The notes: generated by a model from the sequence alone, not told the origin. DNA of 64,000 nt from Macrostomum lignano (GCA_002269645.1 NIVC01000353.1:434001-498000); one strand, 5' to 3'. Shown: positions 12,481-27,529, counted from the stretch's first letter. Made by a program: numbers and translations.

Positions 12481-15400
12481 CAGTGTGGCAGTTGGGGCTG
12501 CCACTAACAGTTAATGAAACGTTTTCTCTAAATTTTGTAAAGTATTTTTATGTGTCAATTGAATCTCCACACTTTTTATGATGTATCCGGCGTTCGTGAA
12601 TATTATTGAGTTATTATTTAGTCAGTATTTATTCAGTAGTGAGTTTCCTATTTCCGCGATACTTACTGTACCTACTTTATTACTATTGTTTACTGTATGT
12701 TAACTCCTATCGTATTTGAAACGCGAATGCGCTGTGTTTGGTGTTATAGGGTTTTTCTAGGCGCTGTAGTAGTTGTAGAGTAGCGTAGTTTCCAGAATTC
12801 AAGTCCATCCAGTTTAAATAATAAACCTAATTACTTTTATTGCAAATAGATTATACAAATAAATATGAATTAAATTAAGGCGCATTGCACCCACCAAGCA
12901 AGGACGCATTCATTCATCCGTCTGTCATCACAACGAATATTCTTTTTGAATTGTTTGACTTCAAGAAGTTTATTTTAAAATTTTGAAATTTAAATTTTTT
13001 TTTCGACGCTTATTAAACCAACCCGTGACCATTCTCTGCAGCTGTCCCCAGTTTTGGCCGGCCTGTGTGTCCACCCTGTGTCTCCAGTTGTTGGTATATA
13101 TTTCGTCATTTTCCCCGTTCTTGTGATGGTTTTCCCACACCTTTCTCTGGCCTTTTGCATCCCTCTTTTGGTAACTTTGTTTGACTCCCTATGTTTTCCG
13201 TGTTTAAGTTTTCTGTTCTTTGCTTGGTCCCCGTGACCACCTTTTTTGCCTCCAGTGTTTGACCCCAATAGTCCATCCGTTGCGTTTTTAATCCCTGTTT
13301 AATGGTGCCCCTGGAGCTGCCCATTTTTTTCTTTCCCCGTTTCCCTCCCGCTTACATCCCTTTTTCTTTTCCCTTGCCGGCCCTTTGTCTTTGCCTCGCC
13401 TTGCCCATTCAATTTAACTGTTAATATTTAATTCCGCCCAATTTATTACGAAGTGTTTAATTCGAATTAGTTCGTTTAGCTATCCAGTAGTGCACCGCGG
13501 CACCAGCCGAATCAATCCGCCGGAGTAGGCTCGGTCGACATCTATTATTTTAATACTCTTAGCTATATAATTTCACACGCTCGCCAATCTACATGTATTC
13601 TGCTGACTGAGCAAATTATTATCTTACCGCTCAATAAGCTCTAATAAAACAGTTGATCCGCCATTAATTTCGTTAAATAATCTGAAGCCTAGCATATTTT
13701 GAGTCATTTGCCCGTGGGGCGTAAAATAACCCAGTCTCATCTCTCGAAGCAAGCTCTGAGACTTCAACGTTCCGTAATACGCAAATTACGGTGGTGGCAG
13801 CGCTACTCTACTGTTAGTAACAGGTCAAGCATACGAGATACGTTAAGCTTTCGGTGTCTGAGGACCCGTTCTGAACGCTCGCGCCAACGAAGACCGCTCG
13901 CCTACGACTAAACTACCCTCCCCCGGGATTGAGGACCCCGGCAGTCGGAGTATCTACGAGACATTTCAATTGGAATTCGTTCACACGAATTTTCCGGATT
14001 TAATCTGTGCGAATTAACGACGGCGCCGATTCGAACGCCTGAGCCGCTCATACTCGACATTAAATCAAGCGAACACCGGACGATCCTACCCACAACCAAG
14101 AACTCTAATCCGCCCCCACCTCAGTAGCATGATACTTTTTTCTAGAAAGTTTCGAATCAAAAAAAGTTTTTTAAGGCATAATATATGCTAGAAAATGTAA
14201 ACTTCTTTGTGTTAATTAACATATTAAATTCGTGTTCTAATTTAAGTTGCTGAGTTGCTTTGAAATGAACCTATATTTTTGTTAAAGTAGCTATCTTTAC
14301 TTGCCAAGCTTCAAATTAAAATACTAGAGTTCGCCGCGCTAGCTGTATGGGCCCGCTAAACACATTTACATATGATGATGCATTGTGTATGCATAAAAAT
14401 GACTCTATGTATAAAATGACTATAAAAATGATGACATGTACATTTGCTAAGATGTCAAGGCTTATGGGAAAATTTATGAGATGTCAAGCCCATAATGAGA
14501 ATCGCTGAGATGTCAAGGCTACCTCGAGTGAGGGAATTGCTGAAATGCTATGCCATTGGCTTTTACTCCAGGCGAATTGCTGAGATGTCAAAACTCATGA
14601 AAGGATTGCTGAAATGCAGCTGTTGGCTCGTCAGGGAAAGTGTTGCTGAAATGCCAAGGGTCAATTGGATGAAGTTGTTGGTAGGCCAAGGCAAAAATGT
14701 ACAAGGCAAAAGGCTCATTCTCCTAAATTGGTGTGGATGAGTGTGTCCGCAAGAGCTGGAACACAGCAGCTCCCTGAACTGAGTGCACGGTTCCTGGATT
14801 TAATTTGCTGTTAAGTTGTTGTAGCTGATAATACAGCAGTCGATAGTGTAGTAGCAATATATGGTTTGGTGGCTACTACCTCCCGTTGTTTTTGCTGCAG
14901 CTGCCTTGTTAATAAAGAGAAATTGGGGTGGCGTGCGTTGCAAGCCGGTCTTTGGATTGGTTTAGAGAGATTTTTTGTTGTCTTTGTGGCTGATTTTTTT
15001 TCGCTGAAATTCAGCTAGTATCGTGTTGCCAAAGCGACAGAGGAAACTGTTTACTGAGGGACACCCGGGGGAAGCCGAGGTGTTGCTACCAGTTGCTGCT
15101 CCTCCATGCATAGAATCTCGATCAATGTATTTTTCTCTAAGTATTCGAAAGCTGCTGCATTTTAGCGTGAATTTTCTTTTCCGCCCTAGTTTAATCCGTT
15201 GGCATCTCTTTGTTAGTGTCTTTCAGTCTCAACTGAATGCTTTCTTTCTACTGCTTCCATGAGCAAAAGAGATGCCGATTGTTTTTGCTCTCCGATCTGT
15301 TGATTTATCCTGGCACTGTTCACTTTTCTCGTCATCATCCGTTTTGAGGATTTAATTTTATCTTAAAATGAGCGGATTCAAGTTTTCAAGCTCACATATG

Positions 15401-15541
15401 GATGTTTCTTTAAGGACTGAATTGAAGGCACTGCGCGGAATGGGAGCTCAAATGATGGGTTCAACTGCCGCTGGCTTTGAAATGGTGGGCTGTCTTCTGA
15501 AATTTAAGATTAACCACTTGAGCTCCGCCTGAAATCCAAAG

Positions 15542-16019
15542 CACACTGAAAAACCCACTGGCTGCAGAGCGGCCATAGACAATTCTAACCCCAGATTCAC
15601 TCGTCCCGAGCCTAACCGATAGGACCATATTCATGTAGACAAAGTCGAAGACTCTGATATAATCTGTGTTCTTGAGTCTATGGTGGAGAGCAAAAAAGAG
15701 ACAGAAAGAAGTCTCTCTCGTGAAGCTGAACTGTCACTCTGTTTTCTTTACTAAATTTTATCTGCTCATTGCAGAAATAACTCATTGCTGCTCCGACTTC
15801 GTAGCTTCGTTTGTTTGTGCTTGTTCTGTTTTCCTATCTACAGCAAAATAATTATTTATTTTAGGTGACATTACATAATTAATATCAAAGAAATGCTTTT
15901 CCTAGGACCCAGTCTAAATTTTCTGCTTTTCTATCTTAACGACTCTGATCGTCCTGAGTCGACGACTCTTTTTCTCCTCTGATGGCTGCTCTGCAGCCAT
16001 ATCGGGGATTTTCAGGGTG
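15542..16019. mobile_element. Possible non-autonomous element with CAC...GTG termini
   Basis: cacactgaaaaacccactggctgcagagcggccat (15542) is an imperfect inverted repeat of gatggctgctctgcagccatatcggggattttcagggtg (ends 16019). No clear TSD. Confidence 0.4.
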
Positions 16020-18000
16020 ACTTAAAATCGGGCCATAGACGGCAGAATTCGAGCAAATGTCAATGGGAATATCGAAGGTTAGCAAATGGCTGCTCTGCAG
16101 CCACCGGGTTCGATAGGGTTAAGTGTCTCACTTTAGCCAGCAGCCTTACCTTCCCCTCAGTTCCCCTCAGTTCAGCGGGTCACATTTATAATACGGAGCC
16201 TTCTCAGACTGCAACCATCCTGCAACGGGGGTGCCGTAGCCCGTCTCCGGTGGCGCTCTGATGTTCCAGCGGGCCAGGGCTCGATTCCAAGTGCAGTCAC
16301 ATTTATTTATTTGAGACTAAACTGGAATATCGGCTCGTGCAATTAACAACACCCTTGAGGGCCAACCCCCAAGGCACAGGGAAGTGCCTAACGATAAATC
16401 AAGTTGGAGTGGCTACAAAGTATAGTATATAAGAGCGAGCCTAGGTTTGGAGCACCCCTTTCTCATCAGAGCAAAATCCTACTTCTTATTTGTCATTTCT
16501 CAGTTCTCGTTTCTCCATTCTCATTTCTAATTTCTAATTTCATTTCTCTTGATTCGCCAAGGTATGCTTCAGAAAGATTTAATTGACTCGGACAGACTTG
16601 CCTGTCGAGGCAAAAATTGCAAATAAATGTTAATGTTAAGATAGGAAAATCTAAGCTGTTGAAGTGTGCTGTAGGAACTCCTGGTCTGACGCAGCCGCAG
16701 CTGTTGCGCAAGTGACACCGACTCTTCATTGTCGACGCTGAAGAATGAAGCGTCGTTGATGTCGTCTAGCTCGTACGTTGGGCGAGTCGAAGAATGCGAT
16801 ATCAGAGCGGACAAATCGCTGACAGTTTTGCTGGTGCTCCGCCTTTGAGTGAGACGATTTCACGCGCCGCCAACCTCCAGGCGTCTCTGGACTGACTCGA
16901 TGAGCTGCAGCCTGAAGGCAGACGCAGCCCGCCAGCTGCGTACGTCTAATCGACGGTAGCCGCTTCGCTGGTTTCTGCGCACCCGAGCGCTGCCCGTCTT
17001 CAAGCGTGCAGCGTATCTGGTAGCTCCGATCGTCCTCGAGACGCGTCCAGCCTCGGAGCAGTGCAGCAAAGCGGAGCCTTGATTCTCCAGCTTGAATACC
17101 TCTTCATCTTTGAGGAATGATTCCAATACACGCTCTTATTGTGTAGAGGAGTTTGGCCTGCTTTACAAGTATATGGAGATGATCTTCTCGACTTTTTCAC
17201 GTTTCTGCCACGTTTTTCTTCTGAAAATTCCATTTATTTTAACTTTGCAAGGCATTGCCCTTTCGATCTGTCCAATGCGACTCACTACTCAGCCTTTTCA
17301 GGTTCTCAAGACTGCATGGGGTCCGGAAGAAAGGAATCGAAGCGCGATCTACAAAATGATGCAGCGTTGCAGAAGCACAATGCTTGGAATAAATATACAA
17401 AAAGAGGCAGGACTAGAGTCTGGTTGTGCTTTCAGACAGCGGTAGCAGACTGACTTGTAGTCAAATTTTGATTTTTTACTTCTTCCAATAGTTTGGCGAC
17501 ACGGGGGGTTCCTGATTCCTGCAGGTTCCTTGTAGAGAGGACATGGCCAACAAGCCATGAAAAGCCGCCCCCCCCCCTGCTGACAGTTAAAATGCAGTCC
17601 AACAGTACTCATTTTACAGTAGTTATAATATTTGGCGCAACATGCGATGCAAAATAAAAAATCTCAATATGTAGATAGAAGTACATTTATTCTTGGTTTT
17701 AATTTATTTGAGCTCGTTTTATGTAAAAAATACAAGCACATACAGTCTCAGTTCATGTAAGCTTTCAAAACAACAGAACACTTATCATGCAGCTTTGTCA
17801 TAGGACTTTGCATGTACAATCTACATCATCAACATATCATGTACATAAACAATAATTTAACAGAGCTACATGTAGCTGTAAGTGTTTGAAACAAAAGAAA
17901 ATTGATTATAAAATCTTAGCCTTTTCTAACTTTAAGACTTTAAGGGTTCAAGAAGAGCAATCATACGATGATCAACAAGCTCTTATGTTTTGAAGGTCGG

Positions 18001-21000
18001 CTACTGCGGCACAACCAAATCGCTAGTGTAGTGCGTCTTCGGGATTGGCGTCGATTTGTCCTTTTTAGCCGACGTCGGCCTTTCCGAGTGACAATCGCAC
18101 GGCGCGAAGCGGAATACTTTCAGGCAGTGCAGCCCGTTGGCAGCGAACTCCGTGACGGCCAGGTGACCCTCGGGAGTGAACCGGGCGCACTGAACGTTGC
18201 CTAGATCGTCGACAGGACCCAGAGCCTGAGTGTGCAGATTTAGTTTGTGATGAATCGAATGACATGTATTATAGCATAAATCCAACCAACTCTAAATGGT
18301 CGATTTGTTGCTTCAATAAGATGTAAATTACAGTAAAGTACTATGCGCTAAGGTGGGTTTCAGGTGCTAATTTAGATCACTGTGTCTGAGGGTTTGCAAA
18401 AAATTTCAGTAGCTCCAAGATGGGTGTCTGAGGTGCAACAGCACTCCCGTAGCTCCAAGATGGGTGTCTGGGGTGCAACAGCACTCCCGTGTAGCTTCAA
18501 GATGGGTGTCTGGGGTGCAACAGCACTCCCGTAGCTTCAAGATGGGTGTCTGGGGTGCAACAGCACTCCCGTGTAGCTTCAAGATAAGCATCTGGGGTGC
18601 AACAGCACTCCCGTAGCTCCAAGATGGGTGTCTGGGGTGCAACAGCACTCCCGTAGCTCCAAGATGGGTGTCTGGGGTGCAACAGCACTCCCGTAGCTTC
18701 AAGATGGGTGTCTGGGGTGCAACAGCACTCCCGTAGCTTCAAGATGGGTATCTGGGGTGCAACAGCACTCCCGTGTAGCTTCAAGATGGGTATCTGGGGT
18801 GCAACAGCACTCCCGTAGCTTCAAGATGGGTATCTGGGGTGCAACAGCACTCCCGTGTAGCTTCAAGATGGGCATCTGGGGTGCAACAGCACTCCCGTGT
18901 AGCTTCAAGATGGGTGTCTGGGGTGCAACAGCACTCCCGTAGCTTCAAGATGGGTGTCTGGGGTGCAACAGCACTCCCGTGTAGCTTCAAGATGGGCATC
19001 TGGGGTGCAACAGCACTCCCGTAGCTTCAAGATGGGTGTCTGGGGTGCAACAGCACTCCCGTAGCTCCAAGATGGGTGTCTGGGGTGCAACAGCACTCCC
19101 GTAGCTTCAAGATGGGTGTCTGGGGTGCAACAGCACTCCCGTAGCTTCAAGATGGGTATCTGGGGTGCAACAGCACTCCCGTGTAGCTTCAAGATGGGTA
19201 TCTGGGGTGCAACAGCACTCCCGTAGCTTCAAGATGGGTATCTGGGGTGCAACAGCACTCCCGTGTAGCTTCAAGATGGGCATCTGGGGTGCAACAGCAC
19301 TCCCGTAGCTTCAAGATGGGTATCTGGGGTGCAACAGCACTCCCGTGTAGCTTCAAGATGGGTGTCTGGGGTGCAACAGCACTCCCGTAGCTTCAAGATG
19401 GGTATCTGGGGTGCAACAGCACTCCCGTGTAGCTTCAAGATGGGTGTCTGGGGTGCAACAGCACTCCCGTAGCTTCAAGATGGGTGTCTGGGGTGCAACA
19501 GCACTCCCGTGTAGCTTCAAGATAAGCATCTGGGGTGCAACAGCACTCCCGTAGCTCCAAGATGGGTGTCTGGGGTGCAACAGCACTCCCGTAGCTCCAA
19601 GATGGGTGTCTGGGGTGCAACAGCACTCCCGTGTAGCTTCAAGATGGGCATCTGGGGTGCAACAGCACTCCCGTAGCTTCAAGATGGGTGTCTGGGGTGC
19701 AACAGCACTCCCGTGTAGCTTCAAGATGGGCATCTGGGGTGCAACAGCACTCCCGTAGCTTCAAGATGGGTGTCTGGGGTGCAACAGCACTCCCGTAGCT
19801 TCAAGATGGGTGTCTGGGGTGCAACAGCACTCCCGTAGCTTCAAGATGGGTATCTGGGGTGCAACAGCACTCCCGTGTAGCTTCAAGATGGGTGTCTGGG
19901 GTGCAACAGCACTCCCGTAGCTTCAAGATGGGTATCTGGGGTGCAACAGCACTCCCGTGTAGCTTCAAGATGGGTGTCTGGGGTGCAACAGCACTCCCGT
20001 AGCTTCAAGATGGGTGTCTGGGGTGCAACAGCACTCCCGTGTAGCTTCAAGATGGGTGTCTGGGGTGCAACAGCACTCCCGTGTAGCTTCAAGATGGGCA
20101 TCTGGGGTGCAACAGCACTCCCGTAGCTTCAAGATGGGTGTCTGGGGTGCAACAGCACTCCCGTAGCTTCAAGATGGGTGTCTGGGGTGCAACAGCACTC
20201 CCGTAGCTTCAAGATGGGTATCTGGGGTGCAACAGCACTCCCGTGTAGCTTCAAGATGGGTGTCTGGGGTGCAACAGCACTCCCGTAGCTTCAAGATGGG
20301 TGTCTGGGGTGCAACAGCACTCCCGTGTAGCTTCAAGATGGGTGTCTGGGGTGCAACAGCACTCCCGTGTAGCTTCAAGATGGGCATCTGGGGTGCAACA
20401 GCACTCCCGTAGCTTCAAGATGGGTGTCTGGGGTGCAACAGCACTCCCGTAGCTTCAAGATGGGTGTCTGGGGTGCAACAGCACTCCCGTAGCTTCAAGA
20501 TGGGTATCTGGGGTGCAACAGCACTCCCGTGTAGCTTCAAGATGGGTGTCTGGGGTGCAACAGCACTCCCGTAGCTTCAAGATGGGTATCTGGGGTGCAA
20601 CAGCACTCCCGTAGCTTCAAGATGGGCATCTGGGGTGCAACAGCACTCCCGTAGCTTCAAGATGGGTGTCTGGGGTGCAACAGCACTCCCGTGTAGCTTC
20701 AAGATGGGCATCTGGGGTGCAACAGCACTCCCGTAGCTTCAAGATGGGTGTCTGGGGTGCAACAGCACTCCCGTAGCTCCAAGATGGGTGTCTGGGGTGC
20801 AACAGCACTCCCGTAGCTTCAAGATGGGTGTCTGGGGTGCAACAGCACTCCCGTAGCTCCAAGATGGGTGTCTGGGGTGCAACAGCACTCCCGTAGCTCC
20901 AAGATGGATAGTGAGGCCGATGTCAAAGACTTCAGAGCTGCTGCGAGCTCCAAGATGTGAGTCAGGGAGTGCAAAAGCAATGCTAAGATAATTATTCAAA

Positions 21001-24000
21001 GGAAAAAGAAAGCCGCCATCCACTTGACTTCCCGGACGAGCTCACCTGTTGGTGAAATTTGCCAGTCAGAGCGTACACATTCACCGTATGATTGGTGGCA
21101 TCGGCAATCAGCAGCAGGTCGGCCGACAAATCGACGCTGGTCGGCAGCACGGCGAGCCCGGGTCTCGACGCCGCAGGCTCGAACGTCAGCTTGCAGACGC
21201 CGTCGTAGTCAAATAGGCGAGCAACTCCGCAGGCCGTGTCGCAGAGGGCAATCAGCTGGCGATTGGCGGCCACGCTGTACATCTGCACCGGGCTGGCGAT
21301 GGCGGCGGCGGCAGCGGCGGATTTGGCTCCGGTTGGCGTGTCGATTGGAAAAGATTTGTCAAATTTGCAGCCTTTGCGGTACATTTCAATCTGAGAGTGG
21401 AAAGATTTGTTTGCTGGTCCGTTAGCTATTTGTAGTGTTGATAATGTAGCGGCGAATATCAGTTGCGACTCGTTAAGAATTATTGGGATTTTTCATGAAG
21501 GATTGCGACTTATGCTGGAGAGGAGTGCAGCCTGCTAGACAGGAGCCTAATCTGTTAGACAGGAGTGTTGCTTGTGTCAGACTGATTGACAACATGTTAG
21601 ACAGGAGTGTTGCTTGTGTCACCTGATAGACAACATGTTAGACAGGAGTGTTGCTTGTGTCACCTGATAGACAACATGTTAGACAGGAGTGTTGCTTGTG
21701 TCACCTGATAGACAACATGTTAGACAGGAGTGTTGCTTGTGTCACCTGATAGACAACATGCTAGACAGGAGTGTTGCTTGTGTCACCTGATAGACAACAT
21801 GTTAGACAGGAGTGTTGCTTGTGTCACCTGATAGACAACATGTTAGACAGGAGTTTTGCTTGTGTCACCTGATAGACAACATGTTAGACAGGAGTGTTGC
21901 TTGTGTCACCTGATAGACAACATGTTAGACAGGAGTGTTGCTTGTGTCACCTGATAGACAACATGTTAGACAGGAGTTTTGCTTGTGTCACCTGATAGAC
22001 AACATGCTAGAGAGGAGTGTTGCTTGTGTCACCTGATAGACAACATGTAAGACAGGAGTGTTGCTTGTGTCAGACTGATAGACAACATGTAAGACAGGAG
22101 TGTTGCTTGTGTCAGACTGATAGACAACATGTTAGACAGGAGTGTTGTTTGTGTCACCTGATAGACAACATGTTAGACAGGAGTGTTGTTTGTGTCACCT
22201 GATAGACAACATGTTAGAGAGGAGTGTTGCTTGTGTCACCTGATAGACAACATGTTAGACAGGAGTTTTGCTTGTGTCACCTGATAGACATGTTAGAGAG
22301 GAGTGTTGCTTGTGTCAGACTGATAGACAACATGTTAGACAGGAGTGTTGCTTGTGTCAGACTGATAGACAACATGTTAGAGAGGAGTGTTGCTTGTGTC
22401 AGACTGATAGACAAAATGTTAGAGAGGAGTGTTGCTTGTGTCAGACTGATAGACAATATGTTAGACAGGAGTGTTGCTTGTGTCACCTGATAGACAACAT
22501 GTTAGACAGGAGTGTTGCTTGTGTCAGACTGATAGACAACATGTTAGAGAGGAGTGTTGCTTGTGTCAGACTGATAGACAAAATGTTAGAGAGGAGTGTT
22601 GCTTGTGTCACCTGATAGACAAACATGTTAGACGGAGTTTTGCTTGTGTCAGACTGATAGACAACATGTAAGACAGGAGTGTTGCTTGTGTCACCTGATA
22701 GAAACATGTTAGACAGGAGTGTTGCTTGTGTCACCTGATAGACAACATGTTAGACAGGAGTGTTGCTTGTGTCACCTGATAGACAACATGTTAGAGAGGA
22801 GTGTTGCTTGTGTCAGACTGATAGACAACATGTTAGACAGGAGTTTTGCCTGTGTCACCTGATAGAAATGTTAGAGAGAAGTGTTGCTTGTGTCACCTGA
22901 TAGAGAGCATGTTAGAGAGGAGTGTTGCTTGTGTCAGACTGATAGACAAAATGTTAGAGAGGAGTGTTGCTTGTGTCAGACTGATAGACAATATGTTAGA
23001 CAGGAGTGTTGCTTGTGTCAGACTGATAGACAACATGTTAGACAGGAGTGTTGCTTGTGTCAGACTGATAGACAACATGTTAGAGAGGAGTGTTGCTTGT
23101 GTCAGACTGATAGACAAAATGTTAGACAGGAGTGTTGCTTGTGTCACCTGATAGACAAACATGTTAGACGGAGTTTTGCTTGTGTCAGACTGATAGACAA
23201 CATGTAAGACAGGAGTGTTGCTTGTGTCACCTGATAGAAACATGTTAGACAGGAGTGTTGCTTGTGTCACCTGATAGACAACATGTTAGACAGGAGTGTT
23301 GCTTGTGTCACCTGATAGACAACATGTTAGAGAGGAGTGTTGCTTGTGTCAGACTGATAGACAACATGTTAGACAGGAGTTTTTCCTGTGTCACCTGATA
23401 GAAATGTTAGAGAGAAGTGTTGCTTGTGTCACCTGATAGAGAGCATGTTAGATAGGAGTGTTGCTTGTGTCACCTGATATAGAGCATGCTAGACAGGAGT
23501 GTTGCTTGTGTCACCTGATAGAGAGCATGTTAGACAGGAGTTTTGCTTGTGTAACCTGATAGACATATTAGAGAGGAGTGTTGCTTGTGTCACCTGATAG
23601 ACAACATGTTAGACAGGAGTTTTGCTTGTGTCACCTGATAGACATGTTAGAGAGGAGTGTTGCTTGTGTCACCTGATAGAGAGCATGTTAGACAGGAGTG
23701 TTGCTTGTGTCACCTGATATAGAGCATGTTAGACAGAAGTCTGTTAGAGAGAAGTGTCACCTATTAAACAGGGATTCTTCCCATTCCCCAAAATTTTGTG
23801 CTTTGAGTCTACTCAATTAATTACGAGTAAGCAGGTTTCTTACAAAACTGCATTAAAAATATATTTGCAAGAAGGCTGTCGGGCACCCGAACGTCATTCT
23901 GCCCTTTCGCTGACTGCTGAGCACAGGAGAGCGGTATGTACATCTCTGTGCCTAGGAGGTTGGCCCTAAAGGGTGTACGTGATTCGGAACTGCATGCAAT

Positions 24001-25802
24001 GAACAGCATTTCACCTGTCTGGCTTCGCTAACAACGATGATGTTGTGCCCAGCATCGCAGGCGATGGCCACTGGAGCGGCTCTAGTTAAAAACATCATTC
24101 TCAAACTGCCTTTTGGCCGGAAAATCTGTACCCGATTATTTCCGGTATCGGCTACAGCGTAATTTCCGGTCGGCATCCAAGCGACATCCAATGGGCTGTC
24201 CAGTTCGCCCGGTGCAGAACCTTTGCCGCGGCCGATAATGTTCTTGAACACGCCGGCAGAGTTGAACAGCTGCACCCGATGATTCTCGGTGTCCGCGATG
24301 GCGAGTTCACCGTCCGAGGCGACGCTTAAACCGCGAGGATAGCAAAAGTAGCCTTCGCTTGAGCCACGCTGACCGACCGAGTGCAGCAGCTTGTCTTTGC
24401 TGAGTAGTCGGTGGGATAAATTAATTAATAAGGAAGCTTGAGCTCTCTTGTGTCTTTAGTATACCCAATTCCTGTTTCAGTAACCCCCCCCCCAATGCTT
24501 CAGTTACACCCGATGCTATTCTTCAGTAACCCTCCCGATGCTTCAGTAACCCTCCTGATGTCTCAGTACCCTCCCGATGCTTCAGTAACCTTCGATGCTT
24601 CAGTAACCATCCCTATGCTTACAGTAATCCCCGATGCTTCAGTAACCCTCCTGATGTCTCAGTACCCTCCCGATGCTTCAGTAACCTTCGATGCTTCAGT
24701 AACCATCCCTATGCTTACAGTAATCCCCGATGCTTCAGTAACCCTCCTGATGTCTCAGTACCCTCCCGATGCTTCAGTAACCTTCGATGCTTCAGTAACC
24801 ATCCCTATGCTTACAGTAATCCCCGATGCTTCAGTAACCCTCCCGATGCTTCAGTAATCCCCAATGCTTAAGTAACCCTCCCGATGCTTCAGTAACCTTC
24901 GATGCTTCAGTAACCTTCGATGCTTCAGTAACCTTCGATGCTTCAGTAACCCTCCCGATGCTTCAGTAATCCCCGATGCTTCAGTAACCTTCCATGCTTT
25001 AGAAACCCCCCGATGCTTCAGTAACCGCCCCCCCCGATAGTTCATTAACCTTCCCAATGCATCAGTAGCCTCCACGATACTTCAGTATCAACCCCAATAG
25101 CTACTTTAAGTAACCCTTGATTCAAAACTTCATTCTACAGGAGACGAGACACCTCTCAACAATCTTTGTTATGCATCTCTAATTTCGGACGTCACTCACG
25201 GCTTATCCTCGAACCGGAACTGTTGCACTTTGTAATGCAAGGCCTGCACATCCTGCTGGGTCTGCTTGAGACCGAATGCCAGCAGAAACGCCGGCCAATG
25301 CTGAGAGTCATGCTTGTCCTGCTGAGATGATGGACGACACGAGTGAGCTGAAATTTTGTTAGTAGAAATATGAGTAATCAAGTTGAACTTTAGTTGTATC
25401 ATAAACAAAGCTTTATTAAAAAATGGAAGCAATCATCGTACGACGATTTTGACGCCAAAGAACAAAACGTTCATTTGACGGCGATATAATGACGGTCACC
25501 TAAATACCATACCGTTTCCCTGAAGACCATACCGGTCACCTGAAGCCCCTTATATCTAGCTCGTAAGACGTCAAAAGATCAGCCTGCTCTCCTTATAAAT
25601 CCTCAGTTGTCGCATCTGTTTTTGATGCGGAAAAGTGCCAAGCAGCAAAATCCATTGCGAGCTTACCCGACGGATGCACCGACTTAAACACGCGATGTGA
25701 GCACTCCGTGTTGAGCAGATGATTCGACGGGTAGCTCTGACGGATCTCAACGGCGCACGGGCCGAGACGTTTCAAACGAAGCTGAGATTGCGAATCCACC
25801 AT
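18001..25802 (-). CDS. NHL-repeat (six-bladed beta-propeller) protein, ~410 aa; exons 25667-25802, 25200-25347, 24015-24399, 21046-21390, 18001-18225
   Basis: All junctions are GT-AG and phase-compatible. NHL repeats: FCYPRGLSVASDGELAIADTENHRVQLF, LDSPLDVAWMPTGNYAVADTGNNRVQIF, LPTSVDLSADLLLIADATNHTVNVY. The start codon assignment is tentative. Confidence 0.85.
18410..20908. repeat. 40/42-bp minisatellite (GTAGCTTCAAGATGGGTGTCTGGGGTGCAACAGCACTCCC[GT]), ~2.5 kb, in NHL-gene intron
   Basis: Directly visible. No unique spacers. Confidence 0.98.
21550..23745. repeat. 41-bp minisatellite (TGTTAGACAGGAGTGTTGCTTGTGTCACCTGATAGACAACA), ~2.2 kb, in NHL-gene intron
   Basis: Directly visible. An internal higher-order duplication (~0.5 kb) is apparent from repeated variant patterns. 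Confidence 0.98.
24465..25075. repeat. ~17-20-bp repeat (CCCGATGCTTCAGTAACCCT) with three 96-bp higher-order units, in NHL-gene intron
   Basis: Directly visible. Confidence 0.95.
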
Positions 25803-26140
25803 TGCGAACCTGAAAGGGGGTGTTCAAACTGGCCTCTCTATCTGCTGCTGTGAAGCTAAAGAGAAATTTTCGAAGCAGCGGTCTCTCCTATTAAAGCTTT
25901 AATGAAGAAAGGCTGCAGGGTACAGTACAGCCATTGTTAGCCCTGTTACCAAGCGCCAAATTCCAATAAGAAGCTTAAATTTTCTTTCTTTCTCTGCCTG
26001 CAAAACTGTGCAAGGCTGTTGGCCTTAAAAGCTGCATTGAGGGGTCGCATCTCCATCCACCCTGCTCGCTCGGTTTTTACGCGTGTGCATAAGAATTGTA
26101 CGGCAATAAGGTTGCCGCACTGCCTGTCTATCAGTTTATA

Positions 26141-27023
<883 letters not shown>

Positions 27024-27326
27024 GTATCTATCCATCTCAGATACACTCGCATTAAATGTAGAACAACTGCAATTAGTGCATCACTCGCTAGTGCAGCATA
27101 ACACTTTTTCTGTCAGCATTTTATTTATGATTGTACTCATTAAAAAGCAAAATGGCGATTAAGTGTACATTAGATTAGGTCACTCGTTCATGAAATAAAA
27201 AGTACTTCATCAAAGAAAACATTGTCATTAGTAAGTGAAACTCCCTTATTACCTACGCACACTATGATAGGCAAAAATGTTTAGTGAATCTATGATGGAT
27301 TCCGTTTGCTTTCGACTTACTTTCCG

Positions 27327-27529
27327 TCAGCCCTGAGCAGCAGCGTCTTTTCGCTTCTTGTTAGCTTCCATCATTCTATTCACGAGTTCTTGAGCGGGGA
27401 CCTGCTTTTGCATCTTCGTCTTCGTAGCCGCCCGTTCTGCTTGAGACATGGCGGGCCGGTTTACGGGCCAGCTGATGTCCATTTTCTTCTTTGGTGGCGC
27501 CGACTTAAACGGATTTTTGACGCTCTTCA
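27327..27529 (-). CDS. Cationic secreted-peptide family, copy G1: intact exon 2 without its own exon 1 (duplicate of G2 exon 2)
   Basis: Acceptor ctttctcctttcccag|tg (phase 1). Encodes (V)KSVKNPFKSAPPKKKMDISWPVNRP..EANKKRKDAAAQG*. AATAAA on the minus strand near 27120. Confidence 0.7.

Noticed and set aside
16228-16300. tRNA-like segment (TAGC..GG A-box, GGCTCGATTCC B-box)
   Set aside because: No acceptor stem or valid cloverleaf could be formed. At most a decayed SINE head, and not supportable.
18410-23745. Regular 40-41-bp repeats resembling a CRISPR array
   Set aside because: Units are contiguous with no unique spacers, no cas genes are present, and they lie in spliceosomal introns of a eukaryotic gene.
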